This document shows positions 33,140 through 42,490 of a DNA stretch of 64,000 nucleotides, piece after piece. The notes beneath the pieces were generated by a model, which saw only the letters and a program-made list of their open reading frames with translations, was not told the origin of the DNA and made no database searches. Position 1 is the first letter of the stretch; each line of letters begins with the position of its first letter. A program made the translations under genes and the position numbers. Source of the DNA: an uncultured Pelagibacteraceae bacterium (lineage in GTDB: Bacteria > Pseudomonadota > Alphaproteobacteria > Pelagibacterales > Pelagibacteraceae); contig CACHVP010000002.1 of the NCBI GenBank assembly GCA_902583355.1, forward strand, positions 24,094-88,093. Direction: 5' to 3'.

Positions 33140-33916
33140 ATGAAAAAAGTTAATTTAGCTATTATAGGTTGCCTTGGAAGAATGGGTCAACAACTTATAA
33201 AATCCTCAAAGAAATCTAAAAATTTCAAATTAATTTCTTTAACAGAAAATAGGATAGTAAATAAAAAAGTATCTGGCTTAATACCTCAACTTAATACAAA
33301 GAGAGCATTTAAGAATGTGAATGTGATCATAGATTTTACAGTACCGAAATGTACTTTAGAAGTTTTAAGGATCGCCTCTAAATTAAAAAAAAGAGTAGTT
33401 ATTGGAACAACAGGTTTTTCTCAAAAAGAAGAAAAATTAATAAAAAAATATTCTAGAAAAATACCAATACTTAAAGCGGGAAATATGAGCCTTGGTGTAA
33501 ACCTGTTAGTTTATTTGACTGAAATTGCTTCAAAATCTTTAACAAATAATTTTTTAAGTAAAATCTACGAAGTTCATCACAAACAAAAAAAAGACCATCC
33601 ATCTGGTACTGCTCTAATGCTTGGACAGGGAATAGCCAAAGGAAAAAATAGAGATTTAAATAAGATAATTGGAAAAAAATATTTAAATAAAAAATTTTTT
33701 CCATATGGCAAAAAAATAAACTTTAATTCACTTAGAAAAGGCAAGATTATTGGCGAACACGAAGTGAGGTTTTCAAACGGAAAAGAAATAATAACTTTAA
33801 ACCATGAGTCCTTTGACAGAGCCTTATATGCAGAGGGTGCATTGACTGCTGCAAAATGGTTAGTAAACAAAAAACCAGGTTTATACACAATGAGAAATGT
33901 TTTAAATTTCAAATAA
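33140..33916 (+). CDS. dapB: 4-hydroxy-tetrahydrodipicolinate reductase
   Basis: IGCLGRMGQ, EVHHKQKKDHPSGTA. Confidence 0.9.
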   Translation: MKKVNLAIIGCLGRMGQQLIKSSKKSKNFKLISLTENRIVNKKVSGLIPQLNTKRAFKNVNVIIDFTVPKCTLEVLRIASKLKKRVVIGTTGFSQKEEKLIKKYSRKIPILKAGNMSLGVNLLVYLTEIASKSLTNNFLSKIYEVHHKQKKDHPSGTALMLGQGIAKGKNRDLNKIIGKKYLNKKFFPYGKKINFNSLRKGKIIGEHEVRFSNGKEIITLNHESFDRALYAEGALTAAKWLVNKKPGLYTMRNVLNFK

Positions 33917-33926
33917 ATTTAAAACA

Positions 33927-34580
33927 ATGAATCAAATAAATAGAGCAAAAACAGTTTTACGCATCTTAAATAAAATTTATCGAAAAACACCTATTCCTTT
34001 AAAACATAAAAATACATTTACTCTTTTAATTTCAGTTACCTTATCAGCTCAAACAACAGATCTAAATGTGAATAACGTAACAAAAGATATTTACAAAAAA
34101 TATTATAAACCTGAACATTTCGTTAAAATAGGAAGAAAAAAAATTGAGAGACTCATTAAAAGTATTGGACTTTTTAGAAATAAAGCTAAAAGTGTCTATT
34201 TGTTATCAAGGCAATTAATAAAAAAACATAAAGGCAAGGTACCAAAAAATTTTAAAGATCTTGAGAGTTTACATGGAGTGGGTCATAAGACTGCTAGTGT
34301 TATAATGTCTCAAAAATTTGGCATACCTGCTTTCCCAGTTGATACTCATATTCACCGCCTTGCCCAAAGATGGGGATTAACAAATGGCAAGAATGTAATT
34401 CAAACAGAAAAGGATCTAAAAAGATTGTTTCCTAAAAAATCCTGGAATAAACTTCATCTTCAAATAATTTTCTATGGCAGACAGTACTGTAAAGCAAGAG
34501 AGTGTTATGGTCTAACTTGTAAAATTTGTAGTACTTGTTATCCTAATCGAAAAAGACCTATGAAAACAAAAAAAGCTTAA
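33927..34580 (+). CDS. nth: endonuclease III
   Basis: HhH-GPD (LHGVGHKTASVI, VDTHIHR) and a C-terminal Cys cluster. Confidence 0.9.
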   Translation: MNQINRAKTVLRILNKIYRKTPIPLKHKNTFTLLISVTLSAQTTDLNVNNVTKDIYKKYYKPEHFVKIGRKKIERLIKSIGLFRNKAKSVYLLSRQLIKKHKGKVPKNFKDLESLHGVGHKTASVIMSQKFGIPAFPVDTHIHRLAQRWGLTNGKNVIQTEKDLKRLFPKKSWNKLHLQIIFYGRQYCKARECYGLTCKICSTCYPNRKRPMKTKKA

Positions 34581-34581
34581 T

Positions 34582-35061
34582 ATGAAAATCCCAAAAAATT
34601 TAGAACCTATAATATCAGGATTATCAGCGGCAATAGTTATCGGTATTCTTGCCTTTTTAACACTTAGAACATCTGCTGGCATATGGTTAATGTTTTCATT
34701 TGGAGCAACCGTTTTTTTAGTATTTGTTTTGTATAATTTAGAGACTTCGCAACCAAAAAATATATTTTTTGGACATTTGGTATCTGTTTTAGTTGGAATA
34801 ATTTTTAATGAGACAATTGGTTTTTCATTTTATTCGCTTGGTTTATCTGTTGGATTTGCTGTAACCTTGATGGTTTATTTGAGAGTTATGCATCCGCCTG
34901 CAGCGTCAAATCCATTAGTGGTTTTATTTACGGATGTTTCATTTGAATATATATTATTTCCAGTAATATTAGGTACTTCAGCAATAATTATTATGTCTAT
35001 TTTAATAAACAAAGTAATTTTAAAAAGAAAATACCCTAATAAAGGTTTTTGGTTATATTGA
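34582..35061 (+). CDS. HPP-family membrane protein
   Basis: 4 TM segments and MHPPAASNP. Confidence 0.7.
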   Translation: MKIPKNLEPIISGLSAAIVIGILAFLTLRTSAGIWLMFSFGATVFLVFVLYNLETSQPKNIFFGHLVSVLVGIIFNETIGFSFYSLGLSVGFAVTLMVYLRVMHPPAASNPLVVLFTDVSFEYILFPVILGTSAIIIMSILINKVILKRKYPNKGFWLY

Positions 35062-35844
35062 TTTCAAAAATTTATTAAGAGCTTCTAATAGGTTTTCGTT
35101 ATATTCCATCATATGATCATCATCTTTTGGAAAATAAGAGTATTTTGGTTCATTAGCTTCTAAAAAAACTTTTTTGCCCATATGAAACGGAACAATTTTG
35201 TCATTTTCTCCATGCATGACTAGAATTGGGATTTTAATATTTTTCAATTTTTTTATAGTTTCGTATCTATCTTTGAGTAAAAGTGAAACTGGCAAATAAA
35301 AATAATAATATTTCCCTGCATCAACCATTGATGTAAAAGGCGACTCTAAAATAATACCTGCAAATTTTTTGTTTTGTGCAATTTCAGTAGAAACGCCAGT
35401 ACCAAGCGACTCTCCATAAATAATGATTTGTCTATCTTCAATTTTCTGTTTATTAAGCCAATCCAATGTATCTCTGGCATCCTGGTATAATCCTTCTTCT
35501 GTAGGACTACCTTCATTACCACTGAAACCTCTATAGGCTACGATTAAAAAATTTATATCAAAATTTTTAATCAAATTTAATTTATAAATTCTATTTCTTA
35601 AATCACCAGCATTCCCGTGAAAAAATACCAAAGTTTTTTTTTGTTTAAGATCCTTTATATGAAACCAGGCTTTTAATTTTTTACCATCAGATGTAGAAAT
35701 GAAAACTTCTTCATAAGAAAAATTTGCTGTATCTGTGTTATAATTATTTTCAAATGGATGATAAAGAAGATTTCTTTGGTAAAAAAATACAAAAATTAAT
35801 ACGAGTAAGTAACATAAAAAAATTATAGTTACTGAGGTAAACAT
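35053..35844 (-). CDS. alpha/beta hydrolase, membrane anchored
   Basis: FHGNAG, GESLGTG nucleophile elbow, HGENDKIVP. I moved the start to ATG 35844 (MFTSVTIIF...), 5 nt after the EamA stop. The ORF-track start at 35964 would overlap EamA by 116 nt. Confidence 0.75.
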   Translation of the reverse strand: MFTSVTIIFLCYLLVLIFVFFYQRNLLYHPFENNYNTDTANFSYEEVFISTSDGKKLKAWFHIKDLKQKKTLVFFHGNAGDLRNRIYKLNLIKNFDINFLIVAYRGFSGNEGSPTEEGLYQDARDTLDWLNKQKIEDRQIIIYGESLGTGVSTEIAQNKKFAGIILESPFTSMVDAGKYYYFYLPVSLLLKDRYETIKKLKNIKIPILVMHGENDKIVPFHMGKKVFLEANEPKYSYFPKDDDHMMEYNENLLEALNKFLKSI

Positions 35845-35848
35845 ATAT

Positions 35849-36751
35849 TTAATTTTTTTTTGCAAAATACACACCAAGTAAAACCAAGAGGCCCCCCAAA
35901 TAATGAGACATAAAAAGTTTCTCATTAAAAAAGAATATTCCGTAAAATGCACCATAAACAACAAATAGATATAATGTGAATCCAGTAATTGAAGCTCCTA
36001 GATATTTTTGAATTTTACTATAAAGAATAAATGCAATTATTCCGGGGGATACTGCTGCAATTGTGATCCAAAATAAAGGTATAATCTCGAAATTAAATTT
36101 TTCTCCAAGAAAAAATGACTCGTAAAGATAGAAGGGAAGCAAAGAAGCAGAACCAAAAAAAGCTATCAATGTAAATTTAGTAAAAAGATTAAACTTAGAT
36201 TTCCAGTGTAAAACATAAACTGAATATAAGGCCCATGATATCGCAGCGCCTAAAATCCATATGTCTCCTTCGACAAAATCTAAATTTAAAAGGCTAGATA
36301 ATTTACCATTAGAAATAACTACAAGAACACCAATAAATGCAAAGAAAAATCCAATTGCCTGTAAAAAATTGATTTTCTCTTTGTAAAAAAAAGTTGAAAG
36401 GATGACTATAAAAATAGAGGAAGAGGTATAAATTAGTGACATATTTAAAACAGTTGTAGTTTGTCCTGCCACGTAGGGAAAAATACTACAAAGACAACAA
36501 CCAGTAAAGCCAAGAAAAAAAAGTTTTAAAAACTCAGATTTAAGATGTTTATAATTTTTAATTATTGGTTTATAAAAAAAAGGAATCATCAAAATAAAAA
36601 CTAAAGTCCATCTCCAAAAACCTAAGGATGAGGGAGGAATATAAGATGCAGCCCCTCTAGCAATTGCAAGATTACTGGCCATGAAAATGGGCTGAATTAA
36701 AAGTAGAAAGAACGGAACTAAAGTATTATTTTTTTTCAAAGAAGGCTTCAT
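35849..36751 (-). CDS. EamA/DMT-family transporter
   Basis: 300 aa, about 10 TM segments, in two EamA-like halves. Confidence 0.8.
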   Translation of the reverse strand: MKPSLKKNNTLVPFFLLLIQPIFMASNLAIARGAASYIPPSSLGFWRWTLVFILMIPFFYKPIIKNYKHLKSEFLKLFFLGFTGCCLCSIFPYVAGQTTTVLNMSLIYTSSSIFIVILSTFFYKEKINFLQAIGFFFAFIGVLVVISNGKLSSLLNLDFVEGDIWILGAAISWALYSVYVLHWKSKFNLFTKFTLIAFFGSASLLPFYLYESFFLGEKFNFEIIPLFWITIAAVSPGIIAFILYSKIQKYLGASITGFTLYLFVVYGAFYGIFFFNEKLFMSHYLGGLLVLLGVYFAKKN

Positions 36752-36902
36752 AAATCATCATACAAATTACTAAGCCCATTAGGATGTAAACCGGAAGAAC
36801 ATCAATAAAACCAATCATCATTGATCTGGTCAAAGTTGTAGCTAATCCAATTAAGAAAGCTATAGCTAAACCACATCCTATTATAGTTGTTATTTTATTC
36901 AT
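36726..36902 (-). CDS. possible 58-aa two-TM membrane peptide
   Basis: ATG 36902 to TAA 36726: MNKITTIIGCGLAIAFLIGLATTLTRSMMIGFIDVLPVYILMGLVICMMIYEAFFEKK. It fills the 143-bp gap between the amidase and EamA genes and overlaps both (8 nt and 26 nt). It falls below the ORF-track size cutoff. Confidence 0.35.
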   Translation of the reverse strand: MNKITTIIGCGLAIAFLIGLATTLTRSMMIGFIDVLPVYILMGLVICMMIYEAFFEKK

Positions 36903-38229
36903 TATCCTTACAATTTTTCTCTAACCAATTAGCAACTCCTAAAAATCTTAGGTCATCAAGTTTGTTTCCGACTAATTGAACTCCTAATGGTAGGTTATTT
37001 TCTCCGGTAAGTAAAGGTAACGAAATTGTTGGTAGACCCATATAGGTCCAGATTGTGCAAAACTCTGGGCTTCCTGTAAACTTAAGTCCTTTGTCTGCAA
37101 CTCCAGTTGATGAGGGTGTAATTATACCGTGGTAGTCTTCAAAAACCTCGCTGTAAGATCTATAACTTTGCTCCATAAAATCTTTTGCCTCAGTGTACTG
37201 ATTTGCTGAATACTTTAGACCACGTTCAATCGCTTCAATCAATTTTTTTCCAAGCTTATTTTTAGAATTCTTATAATATTTTTGGAAACTATTAGCCATG
37301 TCGGTTTCGTGAATTACTTGATGATGTTTATGAATATCTTTAAAATAGGAAGGTTCATCAAATACTTCTATATATTTTTTTAAATTCTTAATCAAAAATT
37401 CAAAAGCTTTTTGTGAATCTTTATCAATATTTTTCCAATTTGCTGTTTTATAAAATATAAATTTTGGATCAAAATGAGGACCTTTTTTACACTCTTCTAA
37501 CATCTTATCGGCAGAATAATGAACTGTGTCTTTATCGTATAAATCCTTTTTTATAAGACATTTGCTTAGAAGAGCAATATCTTCAACGTTTTTTCCAAAT
37601 ACTCCAACCTGGTCAAGTCTAGATGATTGTCTCAATATTCCATTCCTGGATATTAAGCCAAAAGAAGGCTTGTAACCTACCACGCCACAATAAGAAGCTG
37701 GTCTGATTACAGATCCTTTTGTTTGAGTTCCAATTGACAAAGGGGTCATGTGTGCAGCTACAGCAGCGGCAGAACCGCTTGATGATCCGCCTGGAGTTCT
37801 TGTTTTGTCATGCGGATTAGTAGTTTTCCCTGGATCAAAATATGCAAACTCAGTAGTAACTGTCTTGCCCATAATGATTGCACCAGATATTTTCAAAAGA
37901 TTGACAACTTCTGCGTCTGCACTTTCGGATATACCTTTTCTTAAAACAGTTCCGCATTCAGTCGGCATATCTTGAGTTCCAATAATATCTTTAACACCAA
38001 TTGGTAATCCGTGAAGAGGTCCTAGGGGTTTTCCAGATTTTCTATATTCGTCTTTTTCTTCTGCTTTTTCTAATAAAAGTTTTTTATCTAAATAAGCCCA
38101 AGCTTTTACATCTTTATCAAACTTATCAACTCTTTTAAGATACTCTTTACAAGCATCAACGCATGAGATCTCGCCACTTTTTAATTTTTCAACTAGCTGA
38201 ATAGCTGAAATTGAAAGAACATTGCTCAT
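36895..38229 (-). CDS. amidase-signature family amidase
   Basis: GLPIGVKD (Lys), GGSSSGSAAAVAA. 444 aa. The substrate is unknown. Confidence 0.85.
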   Translation of the reverse strand: MSNVLSISAIQLVEKLKSGEISCVDACKEYLKRVDKFDKDVKAWAYLDKKLLLEKAEEKDEYRKSGKPLGPLHGLPIGVKDIIGTQDMPTECGTVLRKGISESADAEVVNLLKISGAIIMGKTVTTEFAYFDPGKTTNPHDKTRTPGGSSSGSAAAVAAHMTPLSIGTQTKGSVIRPASYCGVVGYKPSFGLISRNGILRQSSRLDQVGVFGKNVEDIALLSKCLIKKDLYDKDTVHYSADKMLEECKKGPHFDPKFIFYKTANWKNIDKDSQKAFEFLIKNLKKYIEVFDEPSYFKDIHKHHQVIHETDMANSFQKYYKNSKNKLGKKLIEAIERGLKYSANQYTEAKDFMEQSYRSYSEVFEDYHGIITPSSTGVADKGLKFTGSPEFCTIWTYMGLPTISLPLLTGENNLPLGVQLVGNKLDDLRFLGVANWLEKNCKDNE

Positions 38230-38238
38230 AGTTTTTAA

Positions 38239-39615
38239 TTAATTTGCAAATAGTGTTTCTGGTAACCAAAGTGCTATACCCGGGAACATATACATCAAAA
38301 ACATAGCAAAAATTACAATTAGTAAAAATGGCATGATGCCTTTAAATATTTCAAGTAATTCTACATTTCTACTTTGCACACCTTTTAAATAGTAGGCCGA
38401 CATGGCCATTGGTGGTGTTAAAAATGAAGTCTGTAAATTTAAAGCTATTAACATAGCAAAGAAATATGGGTTCACACCAAAAAATTCAACAAGTGGTAAA
38501 AATATTGGCACAAAAATTATTAGAATCTCTGTCCATTCAAGAGGCCATCCTAGTAAGAAAATAATTATTTGAGTTATAACTAAAAATTGCCATGGCTGTA
38601 GATTCATAGATTTAAAAAAATGCTCAAATACTTCATGTCCGCCTAAATAGGAAAACACTGATGCAAACGTCCAAGATCCTACAAACAACCACATAATCAT
38701 TGCTGTAGTTTTAGCAGTTAAAAAGACAGATTCTTTAAAATTTTTCCACTTAAGAGTTCTATAAAAAATAGATAAAACAATTGAACCAAATGCCCCGACT
38801 GCAGCTGCCTCAGCAGGTGTTGCTAGTCCAGCTAAAATAGTTCCTAAAACTAATATGATTAAGGAGAACAATGGTACAAAAGAAACTAATACTTCTCTTA
38901 TTATAACTGATCTTTCGGGTATTTCTTCCTCTTTGGGTTTTGGCGCTAGTTCTGGTTTAAAGTAAGCTAAAATCATAACGTAAAGTATATAAAGTCCGGC
39001 CAACATTAAACCTGGGAATATTGCTGCTGCAAATAACCTAAGCGGAGACAACTGAGCTATCACAGCATAAACTATTAACATTATACTTGGTGGGATTAAA
39101 ATACCAAGACACCCTCCAGAACAAATTACTCCTGATGAAAATTTTTTATCGTATCCAGCTCTTATCATAGCTGGCCAAGCTAATAATCCCATCAATGTTA
39201 CTACCGCACCAATTATACCTGTAGCCGTTGAAAATAATGCGCAAGTAATTAAAGCTGCTACAGCCATAGATGCAGGTAGTTTGTGAGATGCAAGTCTAAT
39301 TGCAAAAAATAATCGTGAAACTATACCGGCACGCTCAACCAGATATCCCATAAATAAAAATAATGGCACTGCAGTTAAAACGTTATTATCCATTATTGTG
39401 TATGTATTGGAAACTAGAAGATTGAAAATTCTATTATCAAATAAATGTTCCATTTGAGCTGGATCGTAATAAGCGTAATAACCAAATCCAACCCCCATTG
39501 CCAAAAGTGTGAATGCAATTGGAAATCCTAATAGAACAGCAAAAAGGAAAACTGCCATCATCATTATTGCTATTTCAGGATTTGTTAAACTAAATAACAT
39601 CTTTTTGATCCTCAT
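38239..39615 (-). CDS. dctM: TRAP transporter large permease
   Basis: 458 aa, polytopic, directly downstream of the small permease. Confidence 0.88.
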   Translation of the reverse strand: MRIKKMLFSLTNPEIAIMMMAVFLFAVLLGFPIAFTLLAMGVGFGYYAYYDPAQMEHLFDNRIFNLLVSNTYTIMDNNVLTAVPLFLFMGYLVERAGIVSRLFFAIRLASHKLPASMAVAALITCALFSTATGIIGAVVTLMGLLAWPAMIRAGYDKKFSSGVICSGGCLGILIPPSIMLIVYAVIAQLSPLRLFAAAIFPGLMLAGLYILYVMILAYFKPELAPKPKEEEIPERSVIIREVLVSFVPLFSLIILVLGTILAGLATPAEAAAVGAFGSIVLSIFYRTLKWKNFKESVFLTAKTTAMIMWLFVGSWTFASVFSYLGGHEVFEHFFKSMNLQPWQFLVITQIIIFLLGWPLEWTEILIIFVPIFLPLVEFFGVNPYFFAMLIALNLQTSFLTPPMAMSAYYLKGVQSRNVELLEIFKGIMPFLLIVIFAMFLMYMFPGIALWLPETLFAN

Positions 39616-40177
39616 CTTGTGAAGTTCTCATTAACATTTTTTCTGTTTCTTCTGCTGCTACAACTGATCTTGCTGGCCAATGCCCAGTTTGAATACAAAT
39701 TATGCATCTACAAACTTCACTAATTCCTTGAATAGTCAAAGATAAACCCGACAACGGTATGAATGTTTTTGCCATATAAATATTTATTTGTGCTGGACTA
39801 TTCCAGCTGGTCTCTTTTATCTTCCAAGCTTGAGCTGCATAATCATACCCGTAAAAAACAAGCGCCAAAACTCCCGGAAAAAAAAAGATAAAATATAAAA
39901 CTAGATCAATCTTAGCTTGTGTTTTAGGTTTAAAAAGTCTGTAAATTACATCTCCTCGCACATGCGCCTCGGTTGAAAGAGTATACGCAGCTGCCATCAT
40001 AAAAATTCCCGCATACATTTGTAAACTAAAATCAAAATTCCAAAGTGTTGGAGCATTAAATGCATATGCCATGATTACCTCGTAACAAGTTCCGCCCATT
40101 AAAACTACTATGCACCATGAAAATGCTTTCCCTAAAGACGTACTTAATGTATCTGCAAAATGTATATATCCTCTCAT
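39590..40177 (-). CDS. dctQ: TRAP transporter small permease
   Basis: 195 aa, 4 TM segments, between the SBP and DctM genes. Confidence 0.82.
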   Translation of the reverse strand: MRGYIHFADTLSTSLGKAFSWCIVVLMGGTCYEVIMAYAFNAPTLWNFDFSLQMYAGIFMMAAAYTLSTEAHVRGDVIYRLFKPKTQAKIDLVLYFIFFFPGVLALVFYGYDYAAQAWKIKETSWNSPAQINIYMAKTFIPLSGLSLTIQGISEVCRCIICIQTGHWPARSVVAAEETEKMLMRTSQDEDQKDVI

Positions 40178-40220
40178 TATGAATATTCCTAAGCTATTAT
40201 AATTTCTTTTGAATTGCCAT

Positions 40221-40250
40221 AAAAAAAGGGGGCTACAAAAAGCCCCCTTT
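40221..40250 (-). terminator. intra-operon hairpin / partial terminator between dctP and dctQ
   Basis: Minus-strand RNA: AAAGGGGGCU-UUUUGU-AGCCCCCUUU followed by UUUU (10-bp GC-rich stem). Confidence 0.6.
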
Positions 40251-40266
40251 AGTTTTTTAAAAGCTA

Positions 40267-41424
40267 TTAAATTTTTACTTTAGCTAAAGAACCGAACTCA
40301 TTTTCATAAGCCAGTCTGTAATTAGGCTGATTCATCAGCAAGTATTTCATTACTCTTTTAGCGTAAGCTTTTTGTGAGTCTACAATCTTCTTAAAGAAAG
40401 GATCTTTCTTATTGAAATCTCCAATAACTTTATCCCATCCTTTTAATTGTTGAGCTAAAATCTCATCAGAAGTTTGATAAACGTTTACTTTGTGTTGGTT
40501 CATCAATTTAGATAAGTCAGCTGAGTATCTCACTAATGCTTTAAAGTAGTTGTCTGTATTCGCAGCATAAGCAGCATTTTTTAGAATAGCCTGATGTTGT
40601 GGGCTTAATCCGCCAAATGTTTTCTTATTGATTGGAATTTCAAACATCTCCTGAGATTGGTGAAAACTACCTAAGTGATAATGCTTAGATACGTCTTGCA
40701 TACCAAACTGTGAGTCTGAAGTTGGGTTGTTAAACTCGGCAGCTTCAATCAAACCTGTTTTCATTGCAGGTTGAATTTCTCCACCTGGAAGTTGTCTTAC
40801 AACCATTCCCATTGCTGTTAGAACGTTTGTAGCTAAGCCAACTGTTCTATATTTCATACCTTTAACATCAGACACTTTAGTCACGTTCTTTTTGAACCAA
40901 CCAAATGGCTGAGCAGGCATTGGCATATGAAAGAAACCAACATAATTGAAACCAACTTTTGAAAGTGTTTCATCATATAGTTTTCTTCCTCCACCGTACT
41001 CCATCCATCCCATAACTTCTTGAGATGACATTCCGTACGAAGGACCAGTACCAAACAATGATGCTGCTGGATTTTTTCCGTACCAGTATGCAGTTACCCA
41101 GTGTCCCATATCTAGAACTCCAGAACTTACTGCTTGACCGATCTCAGATGTTTTAACTACTGCGCCAACCGGTTGAAGATCAATCTTCAATTCCCCACCT
41201 GACATGTCGCTAACCATTTTTGCATAGTCGCCAGCCATTTCGAAGAATATATTAGCTCCCGAAGGCCATGCTGCTTGCATCTTTAAAGTTTTAGGAGCAC
41301 CAAATGCTACATTCGGCATTGCAATAGTTGCTGCCGCTGCTGCACCAGTTGCTGCTGCTGCTTTAAAGAACTTACGTCTTGAAGGAGTTTTAACTCTCTT
41401 AAGCGTTTTTTCTTTTTTAGACAT
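40267..41424 (-). CDS. dctP: TRAP transporter substrate-binding protein with Tat-type signal
   Basis: SRRKFFKAAAATGAAAAA twin-arginine signal and a strong SD (AAAGGGAGA). 385 aa. Confidence 0.85.
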   Translation of the reverse strand: MSKKEKTLKRVKTPSRRKFFKAAAATGAAAAATIAMPNVAFGAPKTLKMQAAWPSGANIFFEMAGDYAKMVSDMSGGELKIDLQPVGAVVKTSEIGQAVSSGVLDMGHWVTAYWYGKNPAASLFGTGPSYGMSSQEVMGWMEYGGGRKLYDETLSKVGFNYVGFFHMPMPAQPFGWFKKNVTKVSDVKGMKYRTVGLATNVLTAMGMVVRQLPGGEIQPAMKTGLIEAAEFNNPTSDSQFGMQDVSKHYHLGSFHQSQEMFEIPINKKTFGGLSPQHQAILKNAAYAANTDNYFKALVRYSADLSKLMNQHKVNVYQTSDEILAQQLKGWDKVIGDFNKKDPFFKKIVDSQKAYAKRVMKYLLMNQPNYRLAYENEFGSLAKVKI

Positions 41425-41437
41425 ATTTGTCTCCCTT

Positions 41438-41451
41438 TAGTTAATTAACTA
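41438..41451. promoter_or_regulatory. perfect 14-bp palindrome abutting the dctP SD
   Basis: TAGTTAATTAACTA. Its core 10-mer TTAATTAACT recurs at 41534-41543. Confidence 0.2.
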
Positions 41452-41533
41452 GTTGAATTATTTAAGCATAATTAGGTTGTGGAGTCTCGAGCAGAATAAA
41501 AAAAAAATTCTAAAAATTCAATTTGAGATTGTA

Positions 41534-42490
41534 TTAATTAACTTTATTTTTACACTTTCCAGTTATAAAGAACTCTTCCAGATTATCTATAGCCAAATCG
41601 GCCATTGCTGTTCGAGTTTTTTTAGTCGCGCTTCCAAGATGAGGTAAAATAAACGCGGTTGGTTGTTTCAAATATTCAGAATAAATTTTCGGCTCACCTT
41701 TATAAACATCAAGTCCAATACCGTATATTTTTCTGCTTATTAAAGCTTTAACCATAGCCTCATCATCGATCATATCGCCCCGAGCAACATTAGTAATTAT
41801 TGCGCCAGTAGGGAAATATTCTAAAGTTTCTTTATTTATAATATCTTTGGTTTCTTTTGTTGCTGGACAACAAATAGAAAGTACATCGGAAACTGAAAAT
41901 AAACTTTTTAAATCCTCATGATATTTTGCACCCATTTCTTTATCCGGACTTAACCTTGATCTATTTCTGTAATGAATTTCCATACCAAAAGCTTTGGCTA
42001 ATTTTGCTAAAGCTCTTCCAATTCTTCCCATACCAAGAATTCCTAGTCTTGATCCAGTTAATTGTTTCCCAATTAAAAAATCTGCTGACCATTTCCAGTT
42101 TTCTTTTTTTGCATAACTCATGCCTTCATTAGCTCTTCTACAAGCTCCAAGAATAAGCAGCATTGCAATTTCTGCTGTAGCATCTGTTAAAACATCAGGG
42201 GTATTTGTTACGACAATATTCTTTTTTTTAGCAGCCTCAATATCGATATTTCCAAAACCTACAGCAAAATTGGAAATAATCTTAATAGTTGGAGATAAGC
42301 TGCTAATAACTTTTTCATCTATTTTTTCAGTTAAAGAACTTAAGATTCCATCACATCCTTGGCTAAGTTCAATTAATTTTTGTTGTGAATAAACCTCATC
42401 ATTCAAATTAAGTTTGGCATCCCAAAACTTTGTTGCTCTATCTTCGTTTGATCTTAATAATTTTCTAGTTACTAAGACTTTCTTCTTCAT
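41534..42490 (-). CDS. D-isomer-specific 2-hydroxyacid dehydrogenase (glyoxylate/hydroxypyruvate reductase-like)
   Basis: GILGMGRIGRALAKLA, NVARGDMID, PHLGSAT. Confidence 0.85.
   Translation of the reverse strand: MKKKVLVTRKLLRSNEDRATKFWDAKLNLNDEVYSQQKLIELSQGCDGILSSLTEKIDEKVISSLSPTIKIISNFAVGFGNIDIEAAKKKNIVVTNTPDVLTDATAEIAMLLILGACRRANEGMSYAKKENWKWSADFLIGKQLTGSRLGILGMGRIGRALAKLAKAFGMEIHYRNRSRLSPDKEMGAKYHEDLKSLFSVSDVLSICCPATKETKDIINKETLEYFPTGAIITNVARGDMIDDEAMVKALISRKIYGIGLDVYKGEPKIYSEYLKQPTAFILPHLGSATKKTRTAMADLAIDNLEEFFITGKCKNKVN

Noticed and set aside
41325-41370. GCT/GCC/GCA-rich tandem-looking tract (also 23395-23412 in murJ)
   Set aside because: It is in frame and encodes the poly-Ala h-region of the Tat signal peptide (AAAATGAAAAA), or an Ala run within a TM helix. 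It is codon-level low complexity, not a repeat element.
41453-41647. 64-aa plus-strand ORF starting in the dctP upstream spacer
   Set aside because: It has a TTG start, mostly overlaps the 3' end of the 2-hydroxyacid dehydrogenase gene in antisense, and has no motif. The spacer is better explained as the TRAP promoter and operator region.
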